From NCBI GenBank assembly GCA_977017575.1, contig CDRNVI010000015.1, positions 372,001 through 436,000 of the forward strand: 64,000 nucleotides of DNA, given 5' to 3'. Each line of letters starts with the position of its first letter. Within the stretch, counting starts at the first letter, position 1. A model generated the notes under the pieces. That model ran no database searches and was not told the origin of the DNA. It was given only the letters and a program-made list of their open reading frames with translations. Origin of the DNA: Paramoeba atlantica (Eukaryota; Protista; Discosea). The translations under genes were made by a program, and so were the position numbers. Shown in pieces: positions 20,471-32,800 of this stretch.

Positions 20471-20732
20471 TTTTATGACGGTGAGGTGGTCTACGGAGAG
20501 ACGTTTATGTGTTACGCAATGATCTATCCTTGAATGAAAACTTGAATAATATTCAAGATATCGTTTTCCCTTCTTTTAGAATAAGATGCAAATGCTTCAA
20601 TTTTTTTACAGACTATTTTTTTAGTAGGCATCATTATGGCTACAGTTAAATATTGCGGACTAACTATATTTTACACTACGGAGACAGCCCCTGGTTGGAA
20701 GTTTAGTTTCTTTTCCTCGTACTTTTTCTTTC

Positions 20733-22061
20733 ATGTCCGAGCCAGACAAAGCGTTCATTGTCGCGCAAGAGTGCGAGGAAATCTTTGATGTGGTAGAAAC
20801 GGCGAATCTCGCTCGAGCCGCTACATTGAGACTCTCGCATGGGTCCGTTCGGGCACCTGTCTTTATGCCTGTTGGCACCCAAGGTGCCATCAAGGGCATT
20901 ACCTTCGATCAGATGAAAACCCAACTAGATTGCGAAATACTGCTTGCCAACACCTACCACCTGGGCCTGCGTCCCGGAGAGGAACTACTACGTGACGTTG
21001 GTGGTCTTCACAAGCTTGCGGGCTGGAACCGTAGTATGCTAACCGACAGCGGGGGGTTCCAAATGGTTAGTTTACTTCCGTTGGCGAATATTACTGAGGA
21101 TGGCGTCTCGTTTGCCTCGAGTCATGATGACACCCGACTTCTGTTACGACCAGAGGATAGTATGCGGATTCAAAACGCAATCGGGGCAGATATTATTATG
21201 CAACTGGATGACGTCGTGCACGTGAGAACGACCGGTCCCCGGGTGGAGGAAGCCATGCACCGTAGCATTCGCTGGCTCGACCGCTGCATTGCCTCGCACC
21301 AAGCCCCCAAATCACAGCACCTTTTTGCGATTATACAAGGGGGTACGGACCTCGATCTACGTTCCCACTGTGTTCGTGAAATGACCCGTCGGAACTGTCC
21401 TGGGTATGCCATCGGGGGACTGAGCGGGGGAGAGGCGAAGGAAGTGTTCTGGCGGGTCGTCGCCCGTTGTACGGCAGAGCTGCCTCGGGACAAGCCTCGA
21501 TATGTCATGGGGGTGGGCTACCCTGTGGACATTGTCGTGTGCGTCGCACTGGGTGCAGACATGTTTGATTGTGTCTACCCGACCCGAACGGCGCGGTTTG
21601 GGACCGCACTCACCTCACGTGGGTTGATTCATATTGGAAAGCCTCACTACGCCGCGGATTGCGGGCCACTTGAATCCGGGTGCACCTGCGTGACATGCTG
21701 CAGATTTACTCGACAACAGTTACACAAAATGTCGAAGCAGGGAGGAGTAATTGGGAGCCTTCTTTCTTTACACAACCTCCATTATATGCTTACTTTGATG
21801 CGCGCGATGCGTCAGTCCATAGTGTCGAAATCTTTTTCCAGATTTGTTACACATTTTATGGTGGATTATTTTTCCGCAGAAGAGGAGCAATTTCTGTCGA
21901 AAATCGAAATATCTACGAACTGTTCTTCCAGAGGCACAATTTCTTCTGAAAGATATCAAGATAGGTACATTCCGGAATGGGTATATGAAGCTCTCTCGTA
22001 TGCAGGCATCGATTTACGAAGCGAAATAATGAGCTTAAAACCGGAGAATGTCAGAAGGTAA
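20733..22061 (+). CDS. QTRT1: Queuine tRNA-ribosyltransferase catalytic subunit (copy B)
   Basis: Protein identical to copy A. Confidence 0.96.
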   Translation: MSEPDKAFIVAQECEEIFDVVETANLARAATLRLSHGSVRAPVFMPVGTQGAIKGITFDQMKTQLDCEILLANTYHLGLRPGEELLRDVGGLHKLAGWNRSMLTDSGGFQMVSLLPLANITEDGVSFASSHDDTRLLLRPEDSMRIQNAIGADIIMQLDDVVHVRTTGPRVEEAMHRSIRWLDRCIASHQAPKSQHLFAIIQGGTDLDLRSHCVREMTRRNCPGYAIGGLSGGEAKEVFWRVVARCTAELPRDKPRYVMGVGYPVDIVVCVALGADMFDCVYPTRTARFGTALTSRGLIHIGKPHYAADCGPLESGCTCVTCCRFTRQQLHKMSKQGGVIGSLLSLHNLHYMLTLMRAMRQSIVSKSFSRFVTHFMVDYFSAEEEQFLSKIEISTNCSSRGTISSERYQDRYIPEWVYEALSYAGIDLRSEIMSLKPENVRR

Positions 22062-22492
22062 CATCTGTGTCATGACTGGCAACCCTAGAGAAAATCTTTG
22101 GTAGGGTTAATAAAAAAATGAGCTATCAATTTGTGTTTCTTAATTTGAAAAATTGGAGCCTTGATTCTTGCATACACCCTCCCACTATGGATAATCTTCC
22201 CTTCTTCCTTACATCTCCAAATTCGAAATTTTGTTTATTCGATTTTGACTCAATTGAATTTCCTCTTCTATTTGCTCTCGCAATACTTAGGGAGACTATA
22301 ACTCTTGCTACACATTAGTAATACTGTATACTACTGTACCGTTACGCGACATTTGATGATCGGTGATAGAGTGGTAGCTAAATCATCACAATGTTAAAGT
22401 ACTTCAGTCATTTAACATTAACCTATTTACAACGTATACTTTTTTGGGATGTATAAGTTTACTTAGAACAAGCACGTATCACAATATTCTTG

Positions 22493-23101
22493 ATGGAGAA
22501 CCTCATAGGCATCGCGTTTGAAAGTCATATTGTTCTTGCTGCTAGCGCACAAGAAACATTTCATTATATACAACTACACAACGAGGCGGACAAACTATTT
22601 CCAATCGATGAAAATAAGATTCTTGCCGTCGCGGGAACGAACGCTCATCGTACTAATTTAGTGGAGTACATACATCGTAACCTGGAGCTAACCAAATTAC
22701 GCGCGCATGGTGTGAAGAAAAGCACACATGCTACGGCACATTTCATCCGAGGAGAGCTCGCTTCCGCTCTTCGAAGCGAGGAAGGACCATACGAATGTTT
22801 TCTGATCTTGGCTGGATGTGAATCGGGTGGAAAGTCAGATGGAAGCCCAAAATCGAGTCTTTATTTTCTTGATTATTTGGGCACTATTCAGAAAGTTCCG
22901 TATTGTTGTCACGGTTACGGCGCTACCTTTGCAACCGCAATTTTGGATCGATACTACCGCCGAGACATGACAGTTGAAGAAAGTCTTGAATTACTGAAAA
23001 AATGTATGGATGAAATTCGGCAACGAATCATTATCAATAACGAAAAATTTGTAGTGAAAGTATTGAAAGAAGGTGGACTCGACTCTGTGGAGAGTTACTA
23101 A
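22493..23101 (+). CDS. PSMB2: 20S proteasome beta-4 subunit (copy B)
   Basis: Protein identical to copy A. Confidence 0.88.
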   Translation: MENLIGIAFESHIVLAASAQETFHYIQLHNEADKLFPIDENKILAVAGTNAHRTNLVEYIHRNLELTKLRAHGVKKSTHATAHFIRGELASALRSEEGPYECFLILAGCESGGKSDGSPKSSLYFLDYLGTIQKVPYCCHGYGATFATAILDRYYRRDMTVEESLELLKKCMDEIRQRIIINNEKFVVKVLKEGGLDSVESY

Positions 23102-23535
23102 ATCTTTTGAATAAACTAATTTTAGCTTCTAAACAGGGGTGCGATGCCTCAAACACTTTCTTCGAAAGTGCAACATACCGAGAGAATTTTCTGCTGAGCA
23201 AATGGTTACTATTTATGATGATGGTCTTGATAATCTTTGAATCTTTCATTAGGAAAGAGAATACTCCAAGAGTATCCCCTTTTGGCCAAATAGTTACATG
23301 GTTTTTTGTTCTTTTCTTGAAAGCATTATTTTTTAGCATCATGTGTTTGGTAAAACTTTTTTGCTGAATAATTCAAAAATACCACGCCTTAAACGTCTTT
23401 ATGTAGTAAACTCTAAGTACGTAAGTTTGGTACCATTAATTTTTCCTCATCAATCCATATGACGATCCACGCTGTACGCATTCATTGGTCAACCTATTGG
23501 TAGTGAGCAGGTTCCTTGCCTCTTCCACTATCAAA

Positions 23536-23748
23536 ATGGATATATTTAAACCCAAGCAAATATTATCTAACCTAGGAACACCTCGGATACTGGAAGATCT
23601 GTTGAGCGATATTCTCGTTGAAACCCCGGATGATGTGTTTCTCTTTATCTCAGAATGGTCAAAGCTTCGACTGCGAAAATTTGAAATGCAGAAAAGTGCG
23701 GCAGAAAATATGATTCCGAGAACACAAACCCCAGAGTGCGACCGCTGA
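23536..23748 (+). CDS. RIIa/Dpy-30-like small protein (copy B)
   Basis: Protein identical to copy A. Confidence 0.5.
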   Translation: MDIFKPKQILSNLGTPRILEDLLSDILVETPDDVFLFISEWSKLRLRKFEMQKSAAENMIPRTQTPECDR

Positions 23749-23938
23749 TACGTGCATCGATACCTAAAAAAATGATCCCCGCTTTTTAGTGTGTACAATA
23801 ATTTTTGCGAGAGATTTGAAAAGATTAAATCTTTAAGATTTCGAAAGTTGTTTAATTCTTCTTTCTTTTGAAAATTGTTTAATTAGATTAAATTTCTCCT
23901 TTTTTAATAAAGCGAAAAACGTTTTTTAAGTCTTTCTC

Positions 23939-24607
23939 ATGGACGAGCACCAGAGAAATGTCACCGAGTCCGAAGTCCCGCAGCCGTCTAAGTTTTTGAA
24001 TGTGGCCCGGAAGGCATGGATTTCATCTCTACGTTTGTCTGCCATTGTTCTCAATTGCTTGCTTCCCGTTTACTGTGTACTTGGACTCATTGGACATCTT
24101 TTTGACGTTGTGACCTTAGTTTTACACATCTACATTGCATTGTTATCTTCTTTGTGCCTTGCATGCGAACTCCGATTTATTTCTTTCATTCGCCGCATAG
24201 CTTATCCCATACTTCGATGGATCTATTTTCTTACATTTCACGAAACTCGGGGAGCATTTTACATTTTTTTGGGCACTTTAATGTGCAAACGCAGCTCTGC
24301 GATTAGCCTAGTCTTTGCTGTAGCACTGATGGTTGTGGGATTGTTGTGGATAGTATTGAACCGTCTCTATCAACTAGATTATCCTGTTGATTCACAGATA
24401 AAGCAATCTCTTGGCGAAGTGAGCGAAAACGTCATATCACAGGAAACTATGGAGAAAACCTTTGAGACAGTTCTTACTCGATTTCACAAAACACGAGCAA
24501 GATTGTCGAAAGATGATTCAGGTGTAGAAAAAAGTTCACATTCTTCATGCGGAGAATCGCAGAATGTCAATTCATCTTCAATTGCGGTGAACATTAGCAA
24601 TGATTAA
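23939..24607 (+). CDS. COPI-associated / TVP15-like protein (copy B)
   Basis: Protein identical to copy A. Confidence 0.7.
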   Translation: MDEHQRNVTESEVPQPSKFLNVARKAWISSLRLSAIVLNCLLPVYCVLGLIGHLFDVVTLVLHIYIALLSSLCLACELRFISFIRRIAYPILRWIYFLTFHETRGAFYIFLGTLMCKRSSAISLVFAVALMVVGLLWIVLNRLYQLDYPVDSQIKQSLGEVSENVISQETMEKTFETVLTRFHKTRARLSKDDSGVEKSSHSSCGESQNVNSSSIAVNISND

Positions 24608-25114
24608 CCGATTCTTGTTGTCATTTTGGGATATTTTTTTCTAAGAATTTCAAGGATGCTGATGGCCTTAGGAACGGCCATACAGAAGGGTAGTGCCCAT
24701 ATAGTGCAGGCGGCGGTACATGATTGGTACCACTGCGTCGTGCGTTAACTGGGCCGGGGATTACAAAGGAAAGGAAGCTAAGAATACTTTTTCTCACAAT
24801 GTTAGGAACATTGTGACTGCGCTTCAAGTTACTTGAGACAATTTAGTAAAAAATGAATCATCTCATTGAGCAATAATTTTAGGAACTTGTTTCGAGTTTC
24901 TTAGTTTTCAAGTGGAATATTCGTAGTTCGTTTTTTTACATACATTTATTTGTAACATGTAACTTTACATGTTGGTAAGTTATCTAGGTTTAGAAAACGC
25001 GGGAACTTTATTAAGATTTGAAATAACGTATTTTGTCTGCTGACCAAACCACTTTTATCGCAGATTACTTCTCGTGTGACTCGCAATCTCTAAAATAGAA
25101 ACTAAGTTGTATAA

Positions 25115-27589
25115 ATGTTGTTCGATGGTTTACATTTTGCGCTTACGGGAAGGGGCAAGGATGTGCGAAATGTTCGGGATCTTATTATTTCCCAAGGGGG
25201 GAAGATTTTACCGAAGGAAACATCCACGATCAAGGCTTTAATAGTAAGTAGCGTTGCACCAAGCGTTAAAAAGATAGCTTTATCCGAAGCTTTAGGCGTT
25301 CCCTGCGTTACGGCCTCCTGGGTATCAGATTCCATTGCTGTTGGAAGCATCCAACCCGTGAAGAAATACTCAATTGAAAATTCTTCTATTCACAAGTGCA
25401 ACGACTCGTTGAGCGCAGACGTTCAACCTATCGAACTTATTCTAAAATCGACTCCACCCACTAAAAGTAGTCGATTGAATTTCGCAGACAGAAGGGTCAT
25501 TCATGGTTCATCGACTAAAACTTCGAACAGGAAAATAAGGAAAAACGTTCTTTTACACGATGAATGTAGCAATACTTTTGAAGCAAGGTTATCACAACAA
25601 CTAGACATCGGACACAAAAAGCATTCTGGGGTAACTAAAAACCGTGAAGATTTTTCTCTTTCACAGCATTCGAACGATCCAAAATGCATGAAAGTGATTA
25701 CTGCCACTGAGTTTTGCTCAAGGCTCGGCCAGGAACCCAAAAGGGAACATAGTCGTCAATGCGCGGCGCCTTCCCTTTTTTCACATGAAAAAGCATTACA
25801 GATGTCTCGGCCGTCAGCGCATATTCCTGAGGAGCCTATTGCTTCTCCCGAAGAGCAAACACAGCGCCCGTTGCGTTTGTCCACAGCGCTTCCTGTCATG
25901 CCTTCGTCAAGGTGCAACTTTAACCAAAAAATACAGGCGTGCAGCACTAATCCGATAGGCAAATCCAAGTGTTTTGATCGTGAAGGGGAAAATCATGATC
26001 TAAAAATCTTGAATACTGCCTCAGTCAAGTCTAACGTTACCTCGCGTACAGAACTCTATGTTCCTCCCGATAATTTTGGTCCTAACGACAAGAAAAAATC
26101 TGCAATGGACGCTCAAAAAGTGTCTCATTTGATGACAGGTCCCAGAAAATCATTAATTTCTCGCAAACCTTCTCTTCGCAATCTTAATCAGGCAAGTTCG
26201 GACGAACTTGCCGTCGCCGAGCTGAGAACTTCCACCGAGAGCGACTGTTCTGTGAGAAGAAATACAAGGAAGCCTTCTCCTCCTTCTGTAACAACTAATG
26301 GCTTAGAAGATTGTTTTCCACCTCGTCCATCTCCATACCTCTCTCGCGCACCACCACCTCTTCCATCTCGCCTTCATACACGTTCAGGGTATCGTTCTCA
26401 GTCCGCACTGGAAAAAACAAGAAGTACTGCGGCGGATACCACCACAGGAAGTACGGCTCCTCACGCCAACGTTCACAGAGATTCTACACGACTAGGATTT
26501 CACAAACCATTCCCCTCAGGAAGCTATAATGTAAACTCTAGAGCAGACGTTTCTTCTAACAATCGTCTTCTAACACGCACTGCAACCAGGAAACCGATTG
26601 TACCTAAGCAAACAGGAACAGGGGAGCGAAAGAAAGCGGATCTCCAATCTCAAGGAGATTTGGCAAGAAACGTATTGGAGCACCCCGCAGGCAGAGCTTT
26701 GGATCCGGAGTCTGTAGCACAAATACTACTCCAAATTGTAGACAATGCCCTACCTGTTACATTCGAGTCGATATCTGGTTTAGAACATTGCAAGCAAATA
26801 TTGCGAGAATCTGTTATTTTGCCCTCGAAACGACCCGAGTTATTCACTGGCTTGCGTCGACCATGTGCAGCGCTTTTACTGTTTGGTCCACCGGGAAACG
26901 GAAAAACTATGTTAGCTAAAGCAATTGCATGTGAGTGTAAGACTACGTTTTTCAACATAAGTGCCAGTGCCATTGCTTCCAAATGGGTCGGAGATTCGGA
27001 AAAATTAGTTCGCGCTCTCTTCGGCACTGCAAGAGCATTGTCGCCATCGACAATATTTATAGACGAAATTGACAGCATGCTACAAGTCCGAGGATCTTCA
27101 AATGAACTCGAAGGATCACGTCGCCTAAAAACAGAGTTTCTGGTACAAATGGATGGGGCAGGTAACGATTACAGCCAATATCGCGTCATGGTCATGGGTG
27201 CTACGAATCGTCCGTACGATTTGGATGATGCCGTTTTGCGTCGATTTCCAAAACGTGTCATGGTACCTTTGCCGGGATGCGACACACGAAAATCAATGCT
27301 TTCAAATTTACTCAAGGAAGAAAAGTGTACTTTCGATTCTGGGGATTGGGAAAAACTTTCAAAATTGACCGAACATTATAGTGCGAGTGATCTCTCACAG
27401 TTATGCAAGGATATGGCGCTATCTCCGATTCGTGATCTGGGAGCTCGAGCGCTGGAGGTCGAGATAGCGGACCTACGAGCCATCAATTTTAATGATGCAC
27501 TGGAGTGTTTGAAGACGATACGTCCATCCACAAGTACATCTATGCTTGAAAGACTGGCTACGTGGAATCAGGAATATGGATCACGATAG
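25115..27589 (+). CDS. BRCT + spastin/fidgetin-type AAA ATPase (copy B)
   Basis: Protein identical to copy A. Confidence 0.9.
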   Translation: MLFDGLHFALTGRGKDVRNVRDLIISQGGKILPKETSTIKALIVSSVAPSVKKIALSEALGVPCVTASWVSDSIAVGSIQPVKKYSIENSSIHKCNDSLSADVQPIELILKSTPPTKSSRLNFADRRVIHGSSTKTSNRKIRKNVLLHDECSNTFEARLSQQLDIGHKKHSGVTKNREDFSLSQHSNDPKCMKVITATEFCSRLGQEPKREHSRQCAAPSLFSHEKALQMSRPSAHIPEEPIASPEEQTQRPLRLSTALPVMPSSRCNFNQKIQACSTNPIGKSKCFDREGENHDLKILNTASVKSNVTSRTELYVPPDNFGPNDKKKSAMDAQKVSHLMTGPRKSLISRKPSLRNLNQASSDELAVAELRTSTESDCSVRRNTRKPSPPSVTTNGLEDCFPPRPSPYLSRAPPPLPSRLHTRSGYRSQSALEKTRSTAADTTTGSTAPHANVHRDSTRLGFHKPFPSGSYNVNSRADVSSNNRLLTRTATRKPIVPKQTGTGERKKADLQSQGDLARNVLEHPAGRALDPESVAQILLQIVDNALPVTFESISGLEHCKQILRESVILPSKRPELFTGLRRPCAALLLFGPPGNGKTMLAKAIACECKTTFFNISASAIASKWVGDSEKLVRALFGTARALSPSTIFIDEIDSMLQVRGSSNELEGSRRLKTEFLVQMDGAGNDYSQYRVMVMGATNRPYDLDDAVLRRFPKRVMVPLPGCDTRKSMLSNLLKEEKCTFDSGDWEKLSKLTEHYSASDLSQLCKDMALSPIRDLGARALEVEIADLRAINFNDALECLKTIRPSTSTSMLERLATWNQEYGSR

Positions 27590-27819
27590 GAATATTTTAT
27601 ATCACCATAGCATGAATAAACACAAGTACATTGTATACATGCACCAGACGCTTTTTTTGTTTTCCCATCTAAAATAAGAATAATTTTGGGAATGCAAAAT
27701 ATGCTTGCATGTGCATATCTGATCAATGTTGTCCACCAATTTACATTGTATTATAACAATTACCCTTCAAGCATTATATTCACTAGTTACATCGTGATAG
27801 CGCTCAATCATTGACAATA

Positions 27820-29511
27820 ATGACTAACCAAGAAAAGCCTCTAACGGGAAGCCCACCGCACGAATTATGGTCCTCGTGCGTTGAGGCTGAAAATCCTTCT
27901 ATGCCATCACACGCTTACACATCGGCACAACACTTGTCTGACGCTTCTACCTCCTACGAAAGCAATTTAGACAGCGTCATACAATCTCCTCTTTCCTCGT
28001 CTACGCGATCGCTTTCCATGTCTTCTCAGGATTCAAGGAGGGGTTTGATTAATGATTTGGAAAGAACAAGTGGATTCGCCAAAAGGAAAAACATCTCAAC
28101 GAACGCATCAATATACTCGGAACCTTCCGCATCTCCCAACGAAAATTATGATGAATTTCCCAATTTTCAACCGGGTTCTCCTTGTGCTTTACAAAGCTTT
28201 GATGTAAAAGAAGCTAATAGCCATTCTAGAGGCGCGTGTCTCTCTACGAAATCAGAGATCGGTTTGTGCAAACCATTACTGTCTACTCATCGACGGCCAT
28301 TGGCGAATTCAACCCCTAACCAGAATATGGACTCGCTAGATTCTTCCTCTCGACTAGAGATCCAGCACAGTACGGCGAGCCCGATCCACATTACAGATGG
28401 AAAACCTTTTCTTCGACATTCGCATGGCACACGAACGCGAGGAACTAACCATCGCCCTCCCAATCGTGAGCCGAGAAATAGACATCGCAAAAACTTCCGT
28501 CCACCTGGGCGATCTTCTTCCTTTGGGGGAAAAGTAGCAGTGATGTGCGTTTCGGATGCTATTGATATTACGGAATTAGAAGGTCTATTTAAGGAAAACG
28601 ATTACGTTACCTATCTTCGTGATGAGGTGCTTCATGTCACTAACATACGCGGGTATTCTAGTCCACTTCCTGAGAGTGATCAGGATCCACGTTTTGACTT
28701 GTTCATATTTCCGTATGGATCCATTGTATGGTGGGGAACAGATATGGATTCTTACCGCCTCGTTGTGGAACGCGATTTTTTGGTTCCGCACAATCCGTAT
28801 CTACACGGTTTATCGTCGTCGCGCAGCAACTCTACTACTCAAGACTACATTAAGGAACGATATAGCCAGCGGACTTTGGAAGAACTCTTTCCTCTTTGGC
28901 TGACATTTACCGTTCGGGAATCTAAAGAGGAGAGTAGTGATGATCTCCCTTTAGCTGCATTCATCCAAGAGCTTCAACATGATCACGTACTTCTCCAATC
29001 ACATCTTCCTGCGTACAAACAATCCATCAGCCACGCCTTAGCCCAGAGTGCGAAATTGGATGTCTTGGAACCTCTTGTCGCAGAGTTGTTGTTCTTCTGC
29101 AAACCCTTACCTCTGCAACTTTCAATGAAAGGACGTGCTCAAATATCACCTAAAAAAGTAAATCAGCTCAAAGGTGAGCTCTTTCTTTACCGTATGGTTC
29201 TTCGTGATGTTCTAGATGAACCAGACTTCTTGTGGGAATTTAGTTGGTTTTCTCCTTTTTACGACATGGTGAAAGAAGATTACAGTATCGAGACTCGTGT
29301 GCTTTTTCTTGAAGAAAAACTTGAAGGCGTTCATGATATACTTCAAATGTTGGGCATGCAATTTTCTCAACAGCACAACACTCGACTCGAGTGGATCATA
29401 ATACTTCTCATAGTTGCTGCTGTTGTAATTGCAGTTTTTCAACTGTGGGTGCAAGTGAAAAGGATAGCCAGAATGAAGCACCATCTTACCTCCCTTACTC
29501 TCTCAACTTAA
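27820..29511 (+). CDS. RMD1/DUF155 paralogue 1 (copy B)
   Basis: Protein identical to copy A. Confidence 0.88.
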   Translation: MTNQEKPLTGSPPHELWSSCVEAENPSMPSHAYTSAQHLSDASTSYESNLDSVIQSPLSSSTRSLSMSSQDSRRGLINDLERTSGFAKRKNISTNASIYSEPSASPNENYDEFPNFQPGSPCALQSFDVKEANSHSRGACLSTKSEIGLCKPLLSTHRRPLANSTPNQNMDSLDSSSRLEIQHSTASPIHITDGKPFLRHSHGTRTRGTNHRPPNREPRNRHRKNFRPPGRSSSFGGKVAVMCVSDAIDITELEGLFKENDYVTYLRDEVLHVTNIRGYSSPLPESDQDPRFDLFIFPYGSIVWWGTDMDSYRLVVERDFLVPHNPYLHGLSSSRSNSTTQDYIKERYSQRTLEELFPLWLTFTVRESKEESSDDLPLAAFIQELQHDHVLLQSHLPAYKQSISHALAQSAKLDVLEPLVAELLFFCKPLPLQLSMKGRAQISPKKVNQLKGELFLYRMVLRDVLDEPDFLWEFSWFSPFYDMVKEDYSIETRVLFLEEKLEGVHDILQMLGMQFSQQHNTRLEWIIILLIVAAVVIAVFQLWVQVKRIARMKHHLTSLTLST

Positions 29512-29813
29512 GGATAAAAAAAATGCTAACATTCGAATCGCGGTTTGATGCCTTTAATTCTGTGTACTCATTGAAATGATACATTTCTTGAAATGTTAAA
29601 TGATTATAATGGTAGGCTGAATTACCGACATTACTTTGATTATAGGATGTATGTTGACGAATCGATGACTTTCGTTCAATAAAAAAATGTAACTTACACT
29701 TAGTTTTTCAACAAATTTTCATTCTATTTTTGCAAAAGATATTCTATTTGAGATTCGCATGATATTTGTTACTCCGGTTCTCAATTCGTGATCGTTCGCA
29801 GTACAAGACTGAA

Positions 29814-32800
29814 ATGTCTGCGGTTGACGATGTTCTTGCCTCTTACATCGAACCTAAACCGTATCTGTTTTTATTTATAGGCACAACACTTCTTGTAGGA
29901 GCATGTGTCAAGCATTTTGGAATCGGTTCACGCATACCCTACACGATAATCATGTTTATTCTTGGAGCTTTATCGGGTCTTCTTGCTGATTTTTGGAGTG
30001 GTTTTCGTCCTTTTGTCTCTTCCATTGAGCACATTCCTCCAAATTATATTTTTTACATCTTTTTTCCTGTCCTGATATTCGAAGCTTCTTTTAACAGCGA
30101 TATTCCTGTGCTGCGCGCAATGTGGAAGCCTGTGATGCTTCTAGCATTTCCAGGTGTTCTTTTAGTGACATATTTGACTGCGATGATACTAAAGTTTATC
30201 ATGTATCCCGAATGGACATGGCCAACGGCGCTTTTGTATGGGTCCATACTAAGCGCAACGGATCCCGTCGCCACAATAGCTGTCTTGCGTGAACTCGGAG
30301 CAGATAAATATATCCGCACACTACTTGACGGTGAATCTGTACTCAATGACGGATGTGCAATTCTTCTCTATTCAATCTTTTTACCGAGCGCAGTAGCCGG
30401 CGAGTGGCATATGTCAGTCGCAGGCGCATGTGCGCAGTTTCTAAAACTTTTAGTCGGAGCCATACTTGTTGGTTTACTATTCGGATACGTCTTAGTCAGA
30501 TGGTTACAACAGGCGAAAGAGAATATTGTGGAAATTACGCTAACGTATATCATTAGCGTCCTGGCTTATTTTTTCGCTGATGATATATGTAAAGTAAGTG
30601 GAGTTTTCACCCTGGCAGTTATGGGATTTTGCTTTGCCTACAGACGATACGTAATTCAGCCATCCAATGCACGCACTCTAAACGCAATATGGGATGTTTT
30701 GGTTCATGTAGCGAACACAGTCTTGTTTACTATGACCGGTGTGCTTGTAACCCGCGAAGGGTTTCAAGGGATGACGGGGCGTGATCTAGGCATGTGTGTT
30801 TTCTTATACATAGTCCTACAACTCACTAGAGGGCTCATGCTCCTGGTTGCCTGGCCTTTTTTGAATTTTTCTCGGCATGTCACCTGGAATGAATGGGTGC
30901 TTTTGGTTCACAGTGGACTGAGAGGAGCCGTAGCATTGACCTTGACTCTTGCCGTACGTCACGATCATCGTTTGCCCAAAGTTGTACGACATACCTTTTT
31001 GTTTCTGACTGCAGGAAGTGTCATATTAACTCTACTAGTAAACGGTCTTACCGTGCGTCCGCTCTTGAATTGGATTGGTTCGCAATGTGGGAAAGGTCCT
31101 AATTTTGCAGCAGATAGGAAGGAATTGCATTACGCCGCACAAGATTTGGTCCGAACATTAGACTTCAAAATTTATGAACTCGGGATGAATGAAATGTTTC
31201 AATCAACTAATGTTGGATTTCTTAGAGATGAAAAGAATCGTCTCCTGAGATCGTTTCATCCCTTACTACACGAAATTCCCGATGTAACAGTATCAAAAGA
31301 GTTGGACAGTGCAAGACGTATTTACATGAGAGTTTTTGAATCTTTACTTCTTGACCGTGATAACCAATCACTTATTACGTGCGACGCATTCCACATCCTT
31401 CTACACGGCGCTCAAAAATCCATAGAAGAAAGACGAATTATGGTTCTAGAGGATTTTATCTGGACGCACTCGGGTTTACACGTCTTTTATTATTTACGAA
31501 GCTTTATTCAACGATTAGTAAAAGATCAGCGGGGTTCGAGTCTACCGTCTAGGCTATGGCTTCGATTTCAATTAATTATGGCGTATAGCATGATACTTCC
31601 TAAACTTGCACACAACTTTTCATTACAGAATTTCATTCACCCACTGGTACGGTCAGGTTTAAAACAAATTGTACGTTCACAACTCAAGAGAGCCGAAATT
31701 TTGGTCGATTCTTTTAAATTACAGCATCCGGAGCTCAGCGTTAAGTTTCATACATTGCTTGCTCATCGATTAATGGTACATACAGCGTCAGAGAGGTTGA
31801 GGGTACTACAACATCGGGGTACTATATCCATAGAAAATTACATAGCAGTGGAAACAGTTTTAAAGAATTTACCAAGGACATGTGGTCTTTGTATGGACGT
31901 CACTTATTCGAATATTGGAGCAGTCTTGCGACAGAACAAGAGCCTTGCATCGTTGTCTGAAGATGAACTTCAAATTTTGGAGGAAGACGCATTTATTCAA
32001 TGCTGCGAATCCGAATCGCCCATTCCATGTATTGCAGGTCAATTGGCTTTTCTAATTAGTGGAAAGGTAAGACATAGCTTTACGGACGTGCAATTGGGTG
32101 AAGGAATGGTTTTTGGCGAGTCTTGCACAAATTTGGCAAAACTTTTTGATTTGGTCCCAACGAATCATATGTATGTTTGCCATTCGGATTCAGTTTTCTT
32201 AATTCTCACACGAAAGAAAATATGTTCTTTCGCGTCATCCAACAAAATTTTATCAGATTCCTTATTGGCGCTTGAGGTGCTTAAATGTGTTTTACCGTGT
32301 TTGTCGCAGTCATCTCCTTCTATAAATTGGAATAGCGAACAACGATGGCTTGCACTACGGGAAAGTGTTCTTTACAACGTTGGAGATGCGAACTCTTGCC
32401 TTCAGTTTGATTTATCGACTGCAAGTTTCTTTCTCCTTTGCGGAAGAAGTGCTTGTGGGTACTATGGGCATGATGGCACGCCGATTGAGATAGTTATGGC
32501 AAATCGACATCCGGTGACAGAGCATAGTTCAAACTTCGCCGAATTCCTTAATTTCGAGACTTTTCTAACGCTAGAATGGGAGGCAAATTCTCAATTTCTG
32601 ATTTTCCCTTTGGATCTCAAGCAAAATCCGTTATGGGGTGTTACAGACTCCCTACGTAAAGTGATATCTGTCCATCAGGATGCACACATGCGCAATCCTT
32701 TTTCAGAAGAAAATATGCCGCGCAGCGAAGATATCTCAGCAGTAGCATCTCTTTTGATGAACAACGAGAATGCAGCTTTAGATAGCGAGATAATCGATCA